The notes under the pieces: model-generated
What the model saw: only the letters and a program-made list of their open reading frames with translations
The model's database searches: none
What the model was told of the DNA's origin: nothing
In this document: positions 1-10,433 of the stretch, one piece after another
Position numbering within the stretch: the first letter of the stretch is position 1
Layout of the letters: every line of letters begins with the position of its first letter
Translations under genes and position numbers: made by a program
From: Escherichia coli
Lineage (GTDB): Bacteria > Pseudomonadota > Gammaproteobacteria > Enterobacterales > Enterobacteriaceae
Length of the DNA: 32,000 nucleotides
Assembly (NCBI RefSeq): GCF_030036925.1
Contig: NZ_CP124483.1
Direction: 5' to 3' (one strand)

Positions 1-2
1 CT

Positions 3-323
3 TTCGCGGCTGGTCTTGAGCGTGGCCTTAATGCGCCCGCCGTATTGCCACAGCTTTTTGAAGTTCGCGCCTCGCATGTGCTGGGAACACTTCCCCGCGA
101 ACAGGTCAGCGAATTTCTCTCTGGTTTGTTGATTGGCGCAGAGGTCGCCAGTATGCGCGACTATGTGGCCCATCAACAAGTCATCACCCTTGTCGCCGGA
201 ACATCGCTGACCGCGCGCTACCAGCAAGCCTTTCAGGCGATGGGTTGTGACGTGACGGCGGTGGCGGGCGACACGGCATTTCAGGCTGGTATAAGGAACA
301 TCGCTCATGCAGTGGCAAACTAA
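3..323 (+). CDS. dgoK: 2-dehydro-3-deoxygalactonokinase, C-terminal part (5' end outside window)
   Basis: Open frame from base 3 (FAAGLERGLNAPAVLPQLFEVRASHVLGTLPREQVSEF...) to the stop at 323, overlapping dgoA in the dgo operon. Confidence 0.93.
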   Translation, partial: FAAGLERGLNAPAVLPQLFEVRASHVLGTLPREQVSEFLSGLLIGAEVASMRDYVAHQQVITLVAGTSLTARYQQAFQAMGCDVTAVAGDTAFQAGIRNIAHAVAN

Positions 324-924
324 ACTCCCGCTGATCGCCATTTTGCGCGGCATTACGCCCGACGAGGCGCTGGCGCATGTTGGCGCGGTGATTGACGCCG
401 GGTTCGACGCGGTTGAAATCCCGCTGAATTCTCCACAATGGGAGCAGAGCATTCCCGCCATCGTTGATGCGTATGGCGACAAGGCGTTGATTGGCGCAGG
501 TACGGTACTGAAACCTGAACAGGTCGATGCGCTCGCCAGAATGGGCTGTCAGCTCATCGTTACGCCCAATATCCATAGTGAAGTGATCCGCCGTGCGGTG
601 GGCTACGGCATGACCGTCTGCCCCGGCTGCGCGACGGCGACCGAAGCCTTTACCGCGCTCGACGCGGGTGCGCAGGCACTGAAAATATTTCCGTCATCGG
701 CTTTTGGTCCGCAATACATCAAAGCATTAAAAGCGGTATTACCACCGAACATCGCGGTCTTTGCCGTTGGCGGTGTGACGCCAGAAAACCTGGCGCAGTG
801 GATAGATGCAGGCTGTGCCGGAGCGGGCTTAGGTAGCGATCTCTATCGCGCCGGGCAGTCCGTAGAACGGACTGCGCAGCAGGCAGCAGCATTTGTTAAG
901 GCGTATCGAGAGGCAGTGCAATGA
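307..924 (+). CDS. dgoA: 2-dehydro-3-deoxy-6-phosphogalactonate aldolase
   Basis: 205-aa ORF with KDPG/KDPGal aldolase features ([43 protein letters not shown]); translationally overlaps dgoK and dgoD. Confidence 0.97.
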   Translation: MQWQTKLPLIAILRGITPDEALAHVGAVIDAGFDAVEIPLNSPQWEQSIPAIVDAYGDKALIGAGTVLKPEQVDALARMGCQLIVTPNIHSEVIRRAVGYGMTVCPGCATATEAFTALDAGAQALKIFPSSAFGPQYIKALKAVLPPNIAVFAVGGVTPENLAQWIDAGCAGAGLGSDLYRAGQSVERTAQQAAAFVKAYREAVQ

Positions 925-2069
925 AAATCACCAAAATTACCACGTATCGTTTACCTCCCCGCTGGATGTTCCTGAAAATTGAAACCGATGAAGGCGTGGT
1001 CGGTTGGGGCGAGCCCGTGATTGAAGGTCGCGCTCGCACGGTGGAAGCGGCAGTCCACGAGCTGAGTGACTATTTGATTGGTCAGGACCCGTCACGCATC
1101 AACGACTTATGGCAAGTGATGTATCGCGCCGGATTTTATCGTGGCGGTCCGATTCTGATGAGTGCCATCGCTGGGATCGACCAGGCTTTATGGGATATCA
1201 AAGGCAAAGTGCTGAATGCGCCGGTCTGGCAACTGATGGGCGGCCTGGTTCGCGACAAAATTAAAGCCTACAGTTGGGTCGGCGGCGATCGTCCGGCGGA
1301 TGTTATCGACGGCATTAAAACGCTACGCGAAATCGGCTTCGATACCTTCAAACTGAACGGTTGTGAAGAACTGGGGCTAATTGATAACTCCCGCGCGGTA
1401 GATGCGGCAGTCAACACCGTGGCACAAATTCGTGAAGCTTTTGGCAATCAGATTGAGTTTGGTCTGGACTTCCATGGTCGCGTCAGCGCGCCGATGGCGA
1501 AAGTGCTGATTAAAGAGCTGGAACCGTATCGTCCGCTGTTTATTGAAGAGCCGGTGCTGGCGGAACAGGCCGAATACTACCCGAAACTGGCGGCACAAAC
1601 GCATATTCCACTGGCGGCGGGTGAGCGCATGTTCTCACGCTTCGATTTTAAACGTGTGCTGGAGGCAGGCGGTATTTCGATTCTGCAACCGGATCTCTCC
1701 CACGCAGGCGGTATTACCGAATGCTACAAAATTGCCGGAATGGCAGAAGCCTATGACGTGACCCTTGCGCCGCACTGTCCGCTCGGACCGATTGCACTGG
1801 CGGCTTGCCTGCATATCGACTTTGTTTCCTATAACGCCGTCCTTCAGGAACAAAGTATGGGCATTCATTACAACAAAGGCGCGGAGTTACTCGACTTTGT
1901 GAAAAACAAAGAGGACTTCAGCATGGTCGGCGGTTTCTTTAAACCATTAACGAAACCGGGCTTAGGCGTGGAAATCGACGAAGCTAAAGTTATTGAGTTC
2001 AGTAAAAATGCCCCGGACTGGCGTAATCCGCTCTGGCGTCATGAAGATAACAGCGTAGCAGAGTGGTAA
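921..2069 (+). CDS. dgoD: D-galactonate dehydratase (enolase superfamily)
   Basis: 382-aa [28 protein letters not shown]...; ATGA overlap with dgoA. Confidence 0.97.
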   Translation: MKITKITTYRLPPRWMFLKIETDEGVVGWGEPVIEGRARTVEAAVHELSDYLIGQDPSRINDLWQVMYRAGFYRGGPILMSAIAGIDQALWDIKGKVLNAPVWQLMGGLVRDKIKAYSWVGGDRPADVIDGIKTLREIGFDTFKLNGCEELGLIDNSRAVDAAVNTVAQIREAFGNQIEFGLDFHGRVSAPMAKVLIKELEPYRPLFIEEPVLAEQAEYYPKLAAQTHIPLAAGERMFSRFDFKRVLEAGGISILQPDLSHAGGITECYKIAGMAEAYDVTLAPHCPLGPIALAACLHIDFVSYNAVLQEQSMGIHYNKGAELLDFVKNKEDFSMVGGFFKPLTKPGLGVEIDEAKVIEFSKNAPDWRNPLWRHEDNSVAEW

Positions 2070-2188
2070 TTCCTGCCACGTAAGCCCCTCATCGGGCACT
2101 AAAACAGCAATACAAAAATATAACCCTCTGTAAATTACAGTGCATGGTGAGCGGCTTCGCTATGCCCAAAATCAGGAGAAAGCTCGCT

Positions 2189-3481
2189 ATGGATATTCCC
2201 GTTAATGCAGCAAAGCCGGGGCGTCGGCGTTATCTGACGCTGGTGATGATCTTTATTACGGTGGTCATTTGTTATGTTGACCGTGCTAACCTGGCCGTGG
2301 CTTCTGCCCATATTCAGGAAGAGTTTGGTATTACTAAAGCGCAAATGGGCTATGTATTTTCGGCCTTCGCCTGGCTTTATACGCTATGTCAGATCCCCGG
2401 CGGTTGGTTTTTAGATCGCGTAGGTTCACGCGTGACTTATTTTATTGCGATATTTGGCTGGTCAGTGGCGACGTTATTCCAGGGCTTTGCCACGGGCTTA
2501 ATGTCATTAATTGGTCTGCGCGCGATAACCGGTATTTTCGAAGCGCCCGCGTTCCCGACCAATAACCGGATGGTAACCAGTTGGTTCCCGGAACATGAAC
2601 GCGCTTCTGCCGTTGGTTTTTATACGTCTGGTCAGTTTGTCGGTCTGGCGTTTCTGACTCCGCTGCTGATCTGGATTCAGGAGATGTTGAGCTGGCACTG
2701 GGTGTTCATTGTCACCGGTGGTATCGGCATTATCTGGTCGCTGATTTGGTTTAAGGTTTATCAGCCGCCGCGTCTGACCAAAGGCATCAGCAAAGCTGAA
2801 CTGGATTACATTCGTGATGGCGGCGGTCTGGTGGATGGCGATGCGCCGGTGAAAAAAGAGGCGCGTCAGCCGTTAACAGCCAAAGACTGGAAACTGGTGT
2901 TCCATCGTAAACTGATCGGTGTCTATCTTGGGCAATTTGCGGTGGCTTCTACACTGTGGTTTTTCTTAACCTGGTTCCCGAACTATTTAACCCAGGAAAA
3001 AGGAATCACGGCGCTGAAAGCAGGTTTTATGACCACGGTGCCATTCCTCGCGGCGTTTATTGGCGTCCTGCTCTCTGGCTGGGTCGCGGATCTGCTGGTA
3101 CGTAAGGGCTTTTCACTGGGCTTTGCGCGTAAAACGCCGATTATCTGCGGCTTGCTGATCTCCACCTGCATTATGGGTGCGAACTACACCAACGATCCGA
3201 TGATGATTATGTGCCTGATGGCGCTGGCATTCTTCGGCAACGGTTTTGCTTCGATAACCTGGTCGCTGGTCTCTTCTCTGGCACCGATGCGCCTGATTGG
3301 TTTAACCGGCGGCGTGTTTAACTTTGCCGGTGGTCTGGGCGGCATCACCGTTCCGCTGGTGGTGGGGTACCTGGCGCAGGGTTACGGTTTCGCGCCTGCA
3401 CTGGTTTATATCTCCGCCGTCGCGTTGATTGGCGCGCTCTCTTACATCCTGCTGGTGGGCGATGTGAAGCGCGTTGGATAA
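2189..3481 (+). CDS. dgoT: D-galactonate MFS transporter
   Basis: 430-aa MFS protein from internal Met [38 protein letters not shown]; the ORF track start at 2144 is upstream of the likely start. Confidence 0.95.
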   Translation: MDIPVNAAKPGRRRYLTLVMIFITVVICYVDRANLAVASAHIQEEFGITKAQMGYVFSAFAWLYTLCQIPGGWFLDRVGSRVTYFIAIFGWSVATLFQGFATGLMSLIGLRAITGIFEAPAFPTNNRMVTSWFPEHERASAVGFYTSGQFVGLAFLTPLLIWIQEMLSWHWVFIVTGGIGIIWSLIWFKVYQPPRLTKGISKAELDYIRDGGGLVDGDAPVKKEARQPLTAKDWKLVFHRKLIGVYLGQFAVASTLWFFLTWFPNYLTQEKGITALKAGFMTTVPFLAAFIGVLLSGWVADLLVRKGFSLGFARKTPIICGLLISTCIMGANYTNDPMMIMCLMALAFFGNGFASITWSLVSSLAPMRLIGLTGGVFNFAGGLGGITVPLVVGYLAQGYGFAPALVYISAVALIGALSYILLVGDVKRVG

Positions 3482-4542
3482 TCTTTCAACTGTGGAATAT
3501 GTGCCACTCCACTGCGCATAATCCACTTTCTTAAAGCCGGTGCGGTCAGGCATCGGCTTTTTACTATCTTGCCGAAGAGTTTTAAACGCAGTTTGCGAGT
3601 GGCGCGCCAGTAAGCGGTATTGAGCTTCTCTGGCTGCTTCAGTAATACCGAACGCAGAATCTCTGCGCTATCCAGCGCATAGCTAATCCCCTCCAGCGAG
3701 CTGGCGCTGATAAATCCCGCCGCTTCGCCAATCAGAAAGGCGTTGTCCTTGCCGCAGACAAAATCCTGCCAGCGTGAGGGAAACAGCACCGTGCATTTTT
3801 CGCTTTTCACCGCCTTACCAAACTGGAACTGAAAGGCGCTCATTTTCTCTTTTAGCGTCGTGAAACGCGTCTGACCGTCTTTCATGGGATAGGCACCGCC
3901 AAAGATAAAATAACCGTCTTTGCTGATACTCCATGAGTAACAGTCAGTTATCGCATTATCAAAGATGCAGGAGTAGAACGGTACCGGATGTTTCTCTGCG
4001 AACCACTGCTGGATGGCGACATATTTACGAATCTGATGATCCGGGTAGAGATGTCGCCGCACCATCGAGTTGGCACCATCGGCACCGACCAGATAGCGGG
4101 CGGTAATATGCTGCTCCCAGCCGTCTGCGCGAAAAATGACATGCCATTTATCATCCTCACGCCAGATTTTTCGACACAGGCTGTCGTGGTAAACCTCAAC
4201 GCTGGCGGGGATCAGCGATTTCATCCACAAGTCGAAAGCATGGCGATTAATATTGATATAGCTTCGCTGGTAGTTACGCGTGAGCGATGCGGCGACGTCG
4301 ACGGTTTTGACGCTGAAAATCTGCGGGTTGGCGATGACATCGACAGGAAGCGTCAGTCCATCGCGAATAAAAGATCGCTGCGCGTCCGGTGCCAGAAGAC
4401 CGCCACAAGGTTTGCTGAAACCTTCAGTACCACACTGGTGCTTTTTATCCAGCGCGATCACCTGCATTTTGCCTGCTAACTTTCGCGCCAACGCCGACCC
4501 TGCCGGGCCGAGGCCAATAATCGCCACGTCGAAATGTTCCAT
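3442..4542 (-). CDS. cbrA: FAD-dependent oxidoreductase of geranylgeranyl-reductase type, CbrA
   Basis: [25 protein letters not shown] (GxGxxG Rossmann motif) and [22 protein letters not shown]; 366 aa from this Met. The 3' end overlaps the dgoT 3' end convergently. Confidence 0.9.
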   Translation of the reverse strand: MEHFDVAIIGLGPAGSALARKLAGKMQVIALDKKHQCGTEGFSKPCGGLLAPDAQRSFIRDGLTLPVDVIANPQIFSVKTVDVAASLTRNYQRSYININRHAFDLWMKSLIPASVEVYHDSLCRKIWREDDKWHVIFRADGWEQHITARYLVGADGANSMVRRHLYPDHQIRKYVAIQQWFAEKHPVPFYSCIFDNAITDCYSWSISKDGYFIFGGAYPMKDGQTRFTTLKEKMSAFQFQFGKAVKSEKCTVLFPSRWQDFVCGKDNAFLIGEAAGFISASSLEGISYALDSAEILRSVLLKQPEKLNTAYWRATRKLRLKLFGKIVKSRCLTAPALRKWIMRSGVAHIPQLKDYPTRFTSPTSRM

Positions 4543-4609
4543 CTTTTCACTCACATTCATCACGATGGCAAAAGACTATTGTCTGAAAGTGAAGTCCTTG
4601 TGAAGTATG

Positions 4610-5857
4610 ATGGCGGGAACCGTTTTGTATCAGGACCGCGCCATGAAACAGATAACCTTTGCTCCCCGTAATCACCTGCTCACCAATACCAATACCTGGA
4701 CGCCCGACAGCCAGTGGCTGGTGTTTGACGTGCGGCCTTCTGGGGCGTCGTTTACCGGCGAGACCATTGAGCGTGTGAATATCCATACCGGCGAGGTCGA
4801 GGTTATCTATCGCGCGTCACAGGGCGCATACGTCGGCGTGGTGACCGTTCATCCGAAGTCAGAGAAGTATGTCTTCATCCACGGCCCGGAAAATCCTGAT
4901 GAAACATGGTATTACGACTTTCATCATCGGCGCGGAGTGATTGTTGAAAGCGGCAAGGTGAGCAATCTCGATGCAATGGATATTACCGCGCCATATACGC
5001 CAGGAGCGCTGCGCGGCGGCAGTCATGTACATGTCTTTAGCCCAAACGGTGAAAGGGTGAGCTTTACCTACAACGACCATGTAATGCATGAACTCGATCC
5101 GGCGCTGGATTTGCGAAATGTCGGTGTTGCTGCACCGTTTGGCCCGGTCAACGTACAAAAGCAGCATCCGCGTGAATACAGCGGTAGCCACTGGTGCGTG
5201 CTGGTAAGTAAAACCACGCCCACGCCACAGCCTGGCAGTGATGAAATCAATCGTGCTTATGAAGAAGGATGGGTAGGAAATCACGCGCTGGCGTTTATTG
5301 GCGACACACTTTCGCCAAAGGGCGAGAAAGTGCCGGAGCTGTTTATTGTCGAGTTGCCGCAAGATGAAGCTGGCTGGAAAGTGGCAGGTGATGCGCCGTT
5401 AAGTGGAACGGAAACAACCCTGCCCGCGCCACCGCGTGGTGTCGTGCAGCGACGTTTAACCTTTACGCACCATCGGGCTTCTCCGGGATTAGTCAACGTC
5501 CCGCGCCACTGGGTGCGCTGTAATCCGCAGGGTACGCAAATCGCGTTTTTAATGCGTGATGATAACGGCATTGTGCAACTGTGGCTTATCTCGCCACAGG
5601 GCGGTGAACCACGCCAGTTAACCCATAATAAAACGGATATTCAGTCTGCATTTAACTGGCATCCATCAGGCGAATGGCTGGGATTTGTGCTGGATAATCG
5701 GATTGCTTGTGCCCATGCGCAAAGCGGCGAGGTTGAGTATTTAACCGAAAACCACGCCAATCCACCTTCTGCGGACGCCGTGGTTTTCTCGCCGGATGGT
5801 CAATGGTTGGCGTGGATGGAGGACGGTCAGTTGTGGATCACCGAAACTGACCGCTAG
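4610..5857 (+). CDS. yidR: Conserved protein YidR (WD40/TolB-like beta-propeller domains, DUF3748 type)
   Basis: About 415-aa ORF with TolB-like repeats (FSPNGERVSFTYND, WHPSGEWLGFVLD, VFSPDGQWLAWMEDG). Start could also be Met at 4643 (MKQITFAPR). Confidence 0.85.
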   Translation: MAGTVLYQDRAMKQITFAPRNHLLTNTNTWTPDSQWLVFDVRPSGASFTGETIERVNIHTGEVEVIYRASQGAYVGVVTVHPKSEKYVFIHGPENPDETWYYDFHHRRGVIVESGKVSNLDAMDITAPYTPGALRGGSHVHVFSPNGERVSFTYNDHVMHELDPALDLRNVGVAAPFGPVNVQKQHPREYSGSHWCVLVSKTTPTPQPGSDEINRAYEEGWVGNHALAFIGDTLSPKGEKVPELFIVELPQDEAGWKVAGDAPLSGTETTLPAPPRGVVQRRLTFTHHRASPGLVNVPRHWVRCNPQGTQIAFLMRDDNGIVQLWLISPQGGEPRQLTHNKTDIQSAFNWHPSGEWLGFVLDNRIACAHAQSGEVEYLTENHANPPSADAVVFSPDGQWLAWMEDGQLWITETDR

Positions 5858-5860
5858 CTC

Positions 5861-6193
5861 TCAGTTTGCAGGCATTTTGGCGGGGGGAATGACGTTATTG
5901 GTTTCTTGCGCGTCGGCTTCGCTTTTTTCAACGCGCGAGCGCACTGAGCTGTCTTTGCGGAACACATCCCACGGTAGCAATATTGTGTCCAGTACTGCGG
6001 TAAATGGCATGTCGAGTATCGCCAGCGATTTTGTGCCCCAGTTGGTTTCATCGTCGCCAATCATGGTTGCGCTGGCGCGGGTGCCAGGATACGTTCCTTC
6101 TTTCCCCCCGGTATGGGACATCACGCTGGAGCATCCTCCGAGTAATGTCATTCCGCTGCATATCATGAACGCTAACAACACATTTTTTATCAT
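5861..6193 (-). CDS. yidQ: YceK/YidQ family lipoprotein
   Basis: 110 aa MIKNVLLAFMICSGMTLLGGCSSVMSHTGG... with lipobox LGGC. Confidence 0.9.
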   Translation of the reverse strand: MIKNVLLAFMICSGMTLLGGCSSVMSHTGGKEGTYPGTRASATMIGDDETNWGTKSLAILDMPFTAVLDTILLPWDVFRKDSSVRSRVEKSEADAQETNNVIPPAKMPAN

Positions 6194-6367
6194 AATAAAT
6201 TCATCTGTTGATCGTGGGTGTTGGCCTGATGAGTTATAGCGATCCCTTGCTGAAAATAACATCATCATTACGTCGCACTGTGGCGGCTATCGCACTTTAA
6301 CGTTTCGTGCTGCCCCCTCAGTCTATGCAATAGACCATAAACTGCAAAAAAAAGTCCGCTGATAAGG

Positions 6368-6395
6368 CTTGAAAAGTTCATTTCCAGACCCATTT
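6368..6395 (+). promoter_or_regulatory. Candidate sigma-32 heat-shock promoter for ibpAB
   Basis: CTTGAAA - 14 nt - CCCATTT matches the sigma-32 consensus CTTGAAA-N(13-15)-CCCATnT, about 100 bp upstream of the ibpA start. Confidence 0.85.
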
Positions 6396-6399
6396 TTAC

Positions 6400-6498
6400 A
6401 TCGTAGCCGATGAGGACGCGCCTGATGGGTGTTCTGGCTACCTGACCTGTCCATTGTGGAAGGTCTTAGATTCTCGCTGATTTCAGGAGCTATTGATT
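6400..6498 (+). promoter_or_regulatory. ibpA 5'UTR ROSE-like RNA thermometer
   Basis: CUC(G)CUGA (6473-6480) pairs with UCAGGAG (6483-6489), sequestering the Shine-Dalgarno with one bulged G, which is the ROSE signature. Confidence 0.8.
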
Positions 6499-6912
6499 AT
6501 GCGTAACTTTGATTTATCCCCGCTTTACCGTTCTGCTATTGGATTTGACCGTTTGTTTAACCACTTAGAAAACAACCAGAGCCAGAGTAATGGCGGCTAC
6601 CCTCCGTATAACGTTGAACTGGTAGACGAAAACCATTACCGCATTGCTATCGCTGTGGCTGGTTTTGCTGAGAGCGAACTGGAAATTACCGCCCAGGATA
6701 ATCTGCTGGTGGTGAAAGGTGCTCACGCCGACGAACAAAAAGAGCGCACCTATCTGTACCAGGGCATCGCTGAACGCAACTTTGAACGTAAATTCCAGTT
6801 AGCTGAGAACATTCATGTTCGTGGTGCTAACCTGGTGAATGGTCTGCTGTATATCGATCTCGAACGCGTGATTCCGGAAGCGAAAAAACCGCGCCGTATC
6901 GAAATCAACTAA
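6499..6912 (+). CDS. ibpA: Small heat-shock protein IbpA
   Basis: [27 protein letters not shown]... 137 aa, alpha-crystallin domain. Confidence 0.98.
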
Positions 6913-7023
6913 TTCCCTAAGGCCGCCTGGCGCGGCCTGACATCTCCATGCTCGCCGTCAGGGAGCATATGCGAATCTTCGGATTTGCAGGTACTTACTC
7001 GCTTCTTAGAAGGAGAAATGACT

Positions 7024-7452
7024 ATGCGTAACTTCGATTTATCCCCACTGATGCGTCAATGGATCGGTTTTGACAAACTGGCCAACGCACTGCAAAACGC
7101 CGGTGAAAGCCAGAGCTTCCCGCCGTACAACATTGAGAAAAGCGACGATAACCACTACCGCATTACCCTCGCGCTGGCAGGTTTTCGTCAGGAAGATTTA
7201 GAGATTCAACTGGAAGGTACGCGCCTGAGCGTAAAAGGCACACCGGAGCAGCCAAAAGAAGAGAAAAAATGGCTGCATCAAGGGCTTATGAATCAGCCTT
7301 TTAGCCTGAGCTTTACGCTGGCTGAAAATATGGAAGTCTCTGGCGCAACCTTCGTAAACGGTTTACTGCATATTGATTTAATTCGTAATGAGCCTGAACC
7401 CATCGCAGCGCAGCGTATCGCTATCAGCGAACGTCCCGCGTTAAATAGCTAA
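7024..7452 (+). CDS. ibpB: Small heat-shock protein IbpB
   Basis: [39 protein letters not shown]... 142 aa; strong SD (aaggag) before this Met. Confidence 0.98.
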
Positions 7453-7467
7453 CTAGCTATTCTCTTT

Positions 7468-7498
7468 GCCCCGCCATTCTGGTGGGGCTTTTTTTTTG
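7468..7498 (+). terminator. Rho-independent terminator of ibpAB
   Basis: GCCCCGCCA..(loop)..TGGTGGGGC followed by TTTTTTTT. Confidence 0.85.
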
Positions 7499-7649
7499 TC
7501 TTTTTTCTTCAACAATGCGTTAAATTTCGCCTGTTTAAGATATTTCGGCACGTTCTTTCCCGTGATAATGTGCGCTATAAGGCAAATCTGCTTCACCGAT
7601 TCAGCCATAATCCGTAGCAATTAAAATGTTATTTCAAGAGAAATGGACG

Positions 7650-9311
7650 ATGAGTGATATAGCATTAACGGTCAGTATTCTGGCTTTGGTGGCGGTCGTC
7701 GGGTTGTTTATCGGCAACGTCAAGTTTCGCGGTGTTGGATTGGGCATTGGCGGCGTGCTGTTCGGCGGGATCATCGTCGGCCATTTTGTTTCTCAGGCGG
7801 GGATGACATTAAGTAGCGATATGCTGCATGTTATTCAGGAATTTGGCCTGATCCTGTTCGTTTATACCATCGGGATTCAGGTAGGGCCGGGCTTCTTTGC
7901 CTCATTGCGCGTCTCCGGATTACGCCTCAACCTGTTTGCTGTTCTGATCGTCATCATCGGTGGTCTGGTTACCGCCATCCTGCATAAACTGTTTGATATT
8001 CCACTGCCGGTCGTGCTGGGGATTTTTTCCGGCGCGGTCACCAATACGCCAGCGCTGGGGGCAGGGCAGCAGATCTTGCGCGACCTGGGGACACCGATGG
8101 CGATGGTCGATCAAATGGGGATGAGCTATGCGATGGCGTATCCATTTGGGATTTGCGGCATTTTGTTCACTATGTGGATGCTGCGGGTTATTTTCCGCGT
8201 CAATGTTGAGACTGAGGCCCAGCAGCACGAGTCCACGCGAACCAACGGCGGTGCGCTAATCAGGACGATTAACATCCGAGTTGAGAATCCTAATTTGCAT
8301 AATTTAGCCATTAAAGATGTGCCGATTCTCAATGGCGATAAAGTTATTTGCTCACGATTGAAACGAGAAGAAACCCTAAAAGTGCCTTCGCCAGAAACCG
8401 TTATTCAACTGGGCGATTTGCTGCATCTGGTGGGGCAGCCTGCGGATTTACATAATGCGCAACTGGTGATTGGTCAGGAGGTCGATACCTCGCTGTCTAC
8501 GAAAGGCACTGATTTGCGCGTCGAGCGTGTGGTGGTCACCAATGAAAACGTGCTCGGTAAACGTATTCGCGACCTGCACTTTAAAGAACGCTATGACGTT
8601 GTTATCTCGCGCCTGAACCGTGCTGGTGTTGAATTAGTTGCAAGTAGCGATATCAGCCTGCAGTTCGGCGATATCCTCAACCTGGTGGGGCGTCCGTCCG
8701 CAATTGATGCCGTTGCCAATGTGCTGGGGAATGCGCAGCAAAAACTGCAACAGGTTCAGATGCTGCCAGTGTTTATTGGTATCGGGCTTGGCGTATTGTT
8801 AGGTTCTATTCCCGTCTTTGTGCCGGGATTTCCGGCCGCGTTGAAACTGGGGCTGGCGGGCGGTCCGCTGATTATGGCGTTGATTCTCGGGCGTATCGGC
8901 AGTATCGGCAAGCTGTACTGGTTTATGCCGCCAAGCGCCAACCTCGCGCTGCGGGAGCTGGGGATCGTACTGTTCCTCTCGGTCGTTGGCCTGAAATCCG
9001 GCGGCGATTTTATCCATACACTGGTGGATGGCGAAGGGCTAAGCTGGATTGGTTATGGTGCCCTGATCACCGCCGTTCCGCTGATTACTGTTGGTATTCT
9101 GGCGCGGATGTTAGCCAAAATGAATTACCTGACCATGTGCGGGATGCTGGCAGGTTCCATGACCGATCCTCCGGCGCTGGCGTTTGCTAATAATCTTCAT
9201 CCAACCAGCGGTGCAGCGGCGCTCTCTTACGCCACTGTCTATCCGTTAGTGATGTTCCTGCGCATTATCACACCCCAATTACTGGCGGTGCTCTTCTGGA
9301 GTATCGGTTAA
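7650..9311 (+). CDS. yidE: Putative transporter YidE (aspartate:alanine exchanger family, TrkA-C domains)
   Basis: 553 aa from [35 protein letters not shown]; duplicated membrane domain with central TrkA-C segments. Confidence 0.93.
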   Translation: MSDIALTVSILALVAVVGLFIGNVKFRGVGLGIGGVLFGGIIVGHFVSQAGMTLSSDMLHVIQEFGLILFVYTIGIQVGPGFFASLRVSGLRLNLFAVLIVIIGGLVTAILHKLFDIPLPVVLGIFSGAVTNTPALGAGQQILRDLGTPMAMVDQMGMSYAMAYPFGICGILFTMWMLRVIFRVNVETEAQQHESTRTNGGALIRTINIRVENPNLHNLAIKDVPILNGDKVICSRLKREETLKVPSPETVIQLGDLLHLVGQPADLHNAQLVIGQEVDTSLSTKGTDLRVERVVVTNENVLGKRIRDLHFKERYDVVISRLNRAGVELVASSDISLQFGDILNLVGRPSAIDAVANVLGNAQQKLQQVQMLPVFIGIGLGVLLGSIPVFVPGFPAALKLGLAGGPLIMALILGRIGSIGKLYWFMPPSANLALRELGIVLFLSVVGLKSGGDFIHTLVDGEGLSWIGYGALITAVPLITVGILARMLAKMNYLTMCGMLAGSMTDPPALAFANNLHPTSGAAALSYATVYPLVMFLRIITPQLLAVLFWSIG

Positions 9312-9400
9312 CTCTTTTCCCGGTGGAGTCGCCGTAAATGGTACTCCGCCTGGTATTTCTGAACATCATCGAGTCATTTACACACTCGCCATTCTGGTTA

Positions 9401-10267
9401 TTACCTGTCCGTATTCTTCAGCACAGCTGACGGCGCATAACCAAATTTATGCTTAAAGGCTTTGCTGAAATGAAAGGAGTCGAAGAAGTTGAGCGTATCA
9501 GCGACTTCGCCAACCGAGTTCCCTTGTTGCTTTAATAGCGATAGCGCCAGATCCAGACGCGCATCGAGGTAATATTCTTTCGGCGTCTTGCCGGTATAGC
9601 GTAAAAACAGACGACGCAACCAGGCCTCGCTACAGGGGATCGTGGCAGCCATATCAGCTACGCTCCAGCGTTGTTGTAGACTGGCATGTAAAGTGGCAAT
9701 TAATTTTTCAATTTGCCGCCGTTGTGGATCTTTTTTACCGACTGCGTGCATAAGACAAATCCACTGATAAATAATTTTCGTCAGAAAAGCGACTGCCAGA
9801 TTATTTTTTATTGCTTCTGGTGAAGTAATTAACTCAGCAACTTCGGTAAGTTCCTGATTATAAACTTCGCCATTATAAATAACGCTTTGCTGACCGACGG
9901 GAATATCCATCATACTGGTGGGGGTAAATTCCATCCAGTACTGTTCCCAGACCAAACCTTCACAGTGATAAGAGTGAATATCCATTGGCTTTAAAAATAT
10001 AATACAGTTGCCATGCAGAGTTATTTGTTCGTCATTCTTTAAAAGAATTTTCCCACATCCTTGTACGGTATACACCGCAACCCATGAGTTGGCGATAAGC
10101 GGTTTCTTCTTGTCCCGCGGCCAGATCACCCGATAATGCTCGTCGGCGTAGGTATGCCAGAGCGATATCAGAGAAATTCCGCTGGAGATCACATTTTCGT
10201 TAATCAATAAGGGAATATTGTACGGAGTTTCGTTTTTTACATCCGAACTTTGCAATTTTCCATTCAT
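9401..10267 (-). CDS. yidL: AraC-family transcriptional regulator YidL
   Basis: 288 aa from MNGKLQSSDVKNETPYNIPLLINENV..., C-terminal AraC HTH (WSVADMAATIPCSEAWLRRLFLRYTGKTPKEYYLDARLDLALSLL...FSKAFKHKFGYAPS). Confidence 0.9.
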   Translation of the reverse strand: MNGKLQSSDVKNETPYNIPLLINENVISSGISLISLWHTYADEHYRVIWPRDKKKPLIANSWVAVYTVQGCGKILLKNDEQITLHGNCIIFLKPMDIHSYHCEGLVWEQYWMEFTPTSMMDIPVGQQSVIYNGEVYNQELTEVAELITSPEAIKNNLAVAFLTKIIYQWICLMHAVGKKDPQRRQIEKLIATLHASLQQRWSVADMAATIPCSEAWLRRLFLRYTGKTPKEYYLDARLDLALSLLKQQGNSVGEVADTLNFFDSFHFSKAFKHKFGYAPSAVLKNTDR

Positions 10268-10433
10268 TTTAATATCCCTCCGGCGAATTATGCTCACAAC
10301 CTGAACTTAACAGAAAACAATCCGTTCAGGGATACGACGTTTGTATTTTAAGAATCTGACTGCCTGACCCGACGCATTTTACCTCTCCCTATATTCATGC
10401 GTCCGGGACATAAACATAAATAAGGGCTATGAG

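Noticed and set aside
1377-1868. Minus-strand ORFs 1377-1604 and 1635-1868 inside dgoD
   Set aside because: Fully antisense to a well-conserved enzyme gene, low-complexity basic translations and no independent support.
2070-2188. Possible REP or extra regulatory element between dgoD and dgoT
   Set aside because: Only a short imperfect hairpin (AAGCCCCTCATCGGGCACT) is visible; insufficient match to the REP consensus.
3948-4603. Plus-strand ORFs 3948-4199, 3988-4479 and 4280-4603 opposite cbrA
   Set aside because: Shadow frames antisense to cbrA; translations have no recognisable domain.
4859-5571. Minus-strand ORFs 4859-5362 (167 aa) and 5281-5571 antisense to yidR
   Set aside because: Mirror the coding frame of yidR, typical GC-skew artefacts; no SD or homology recognised.
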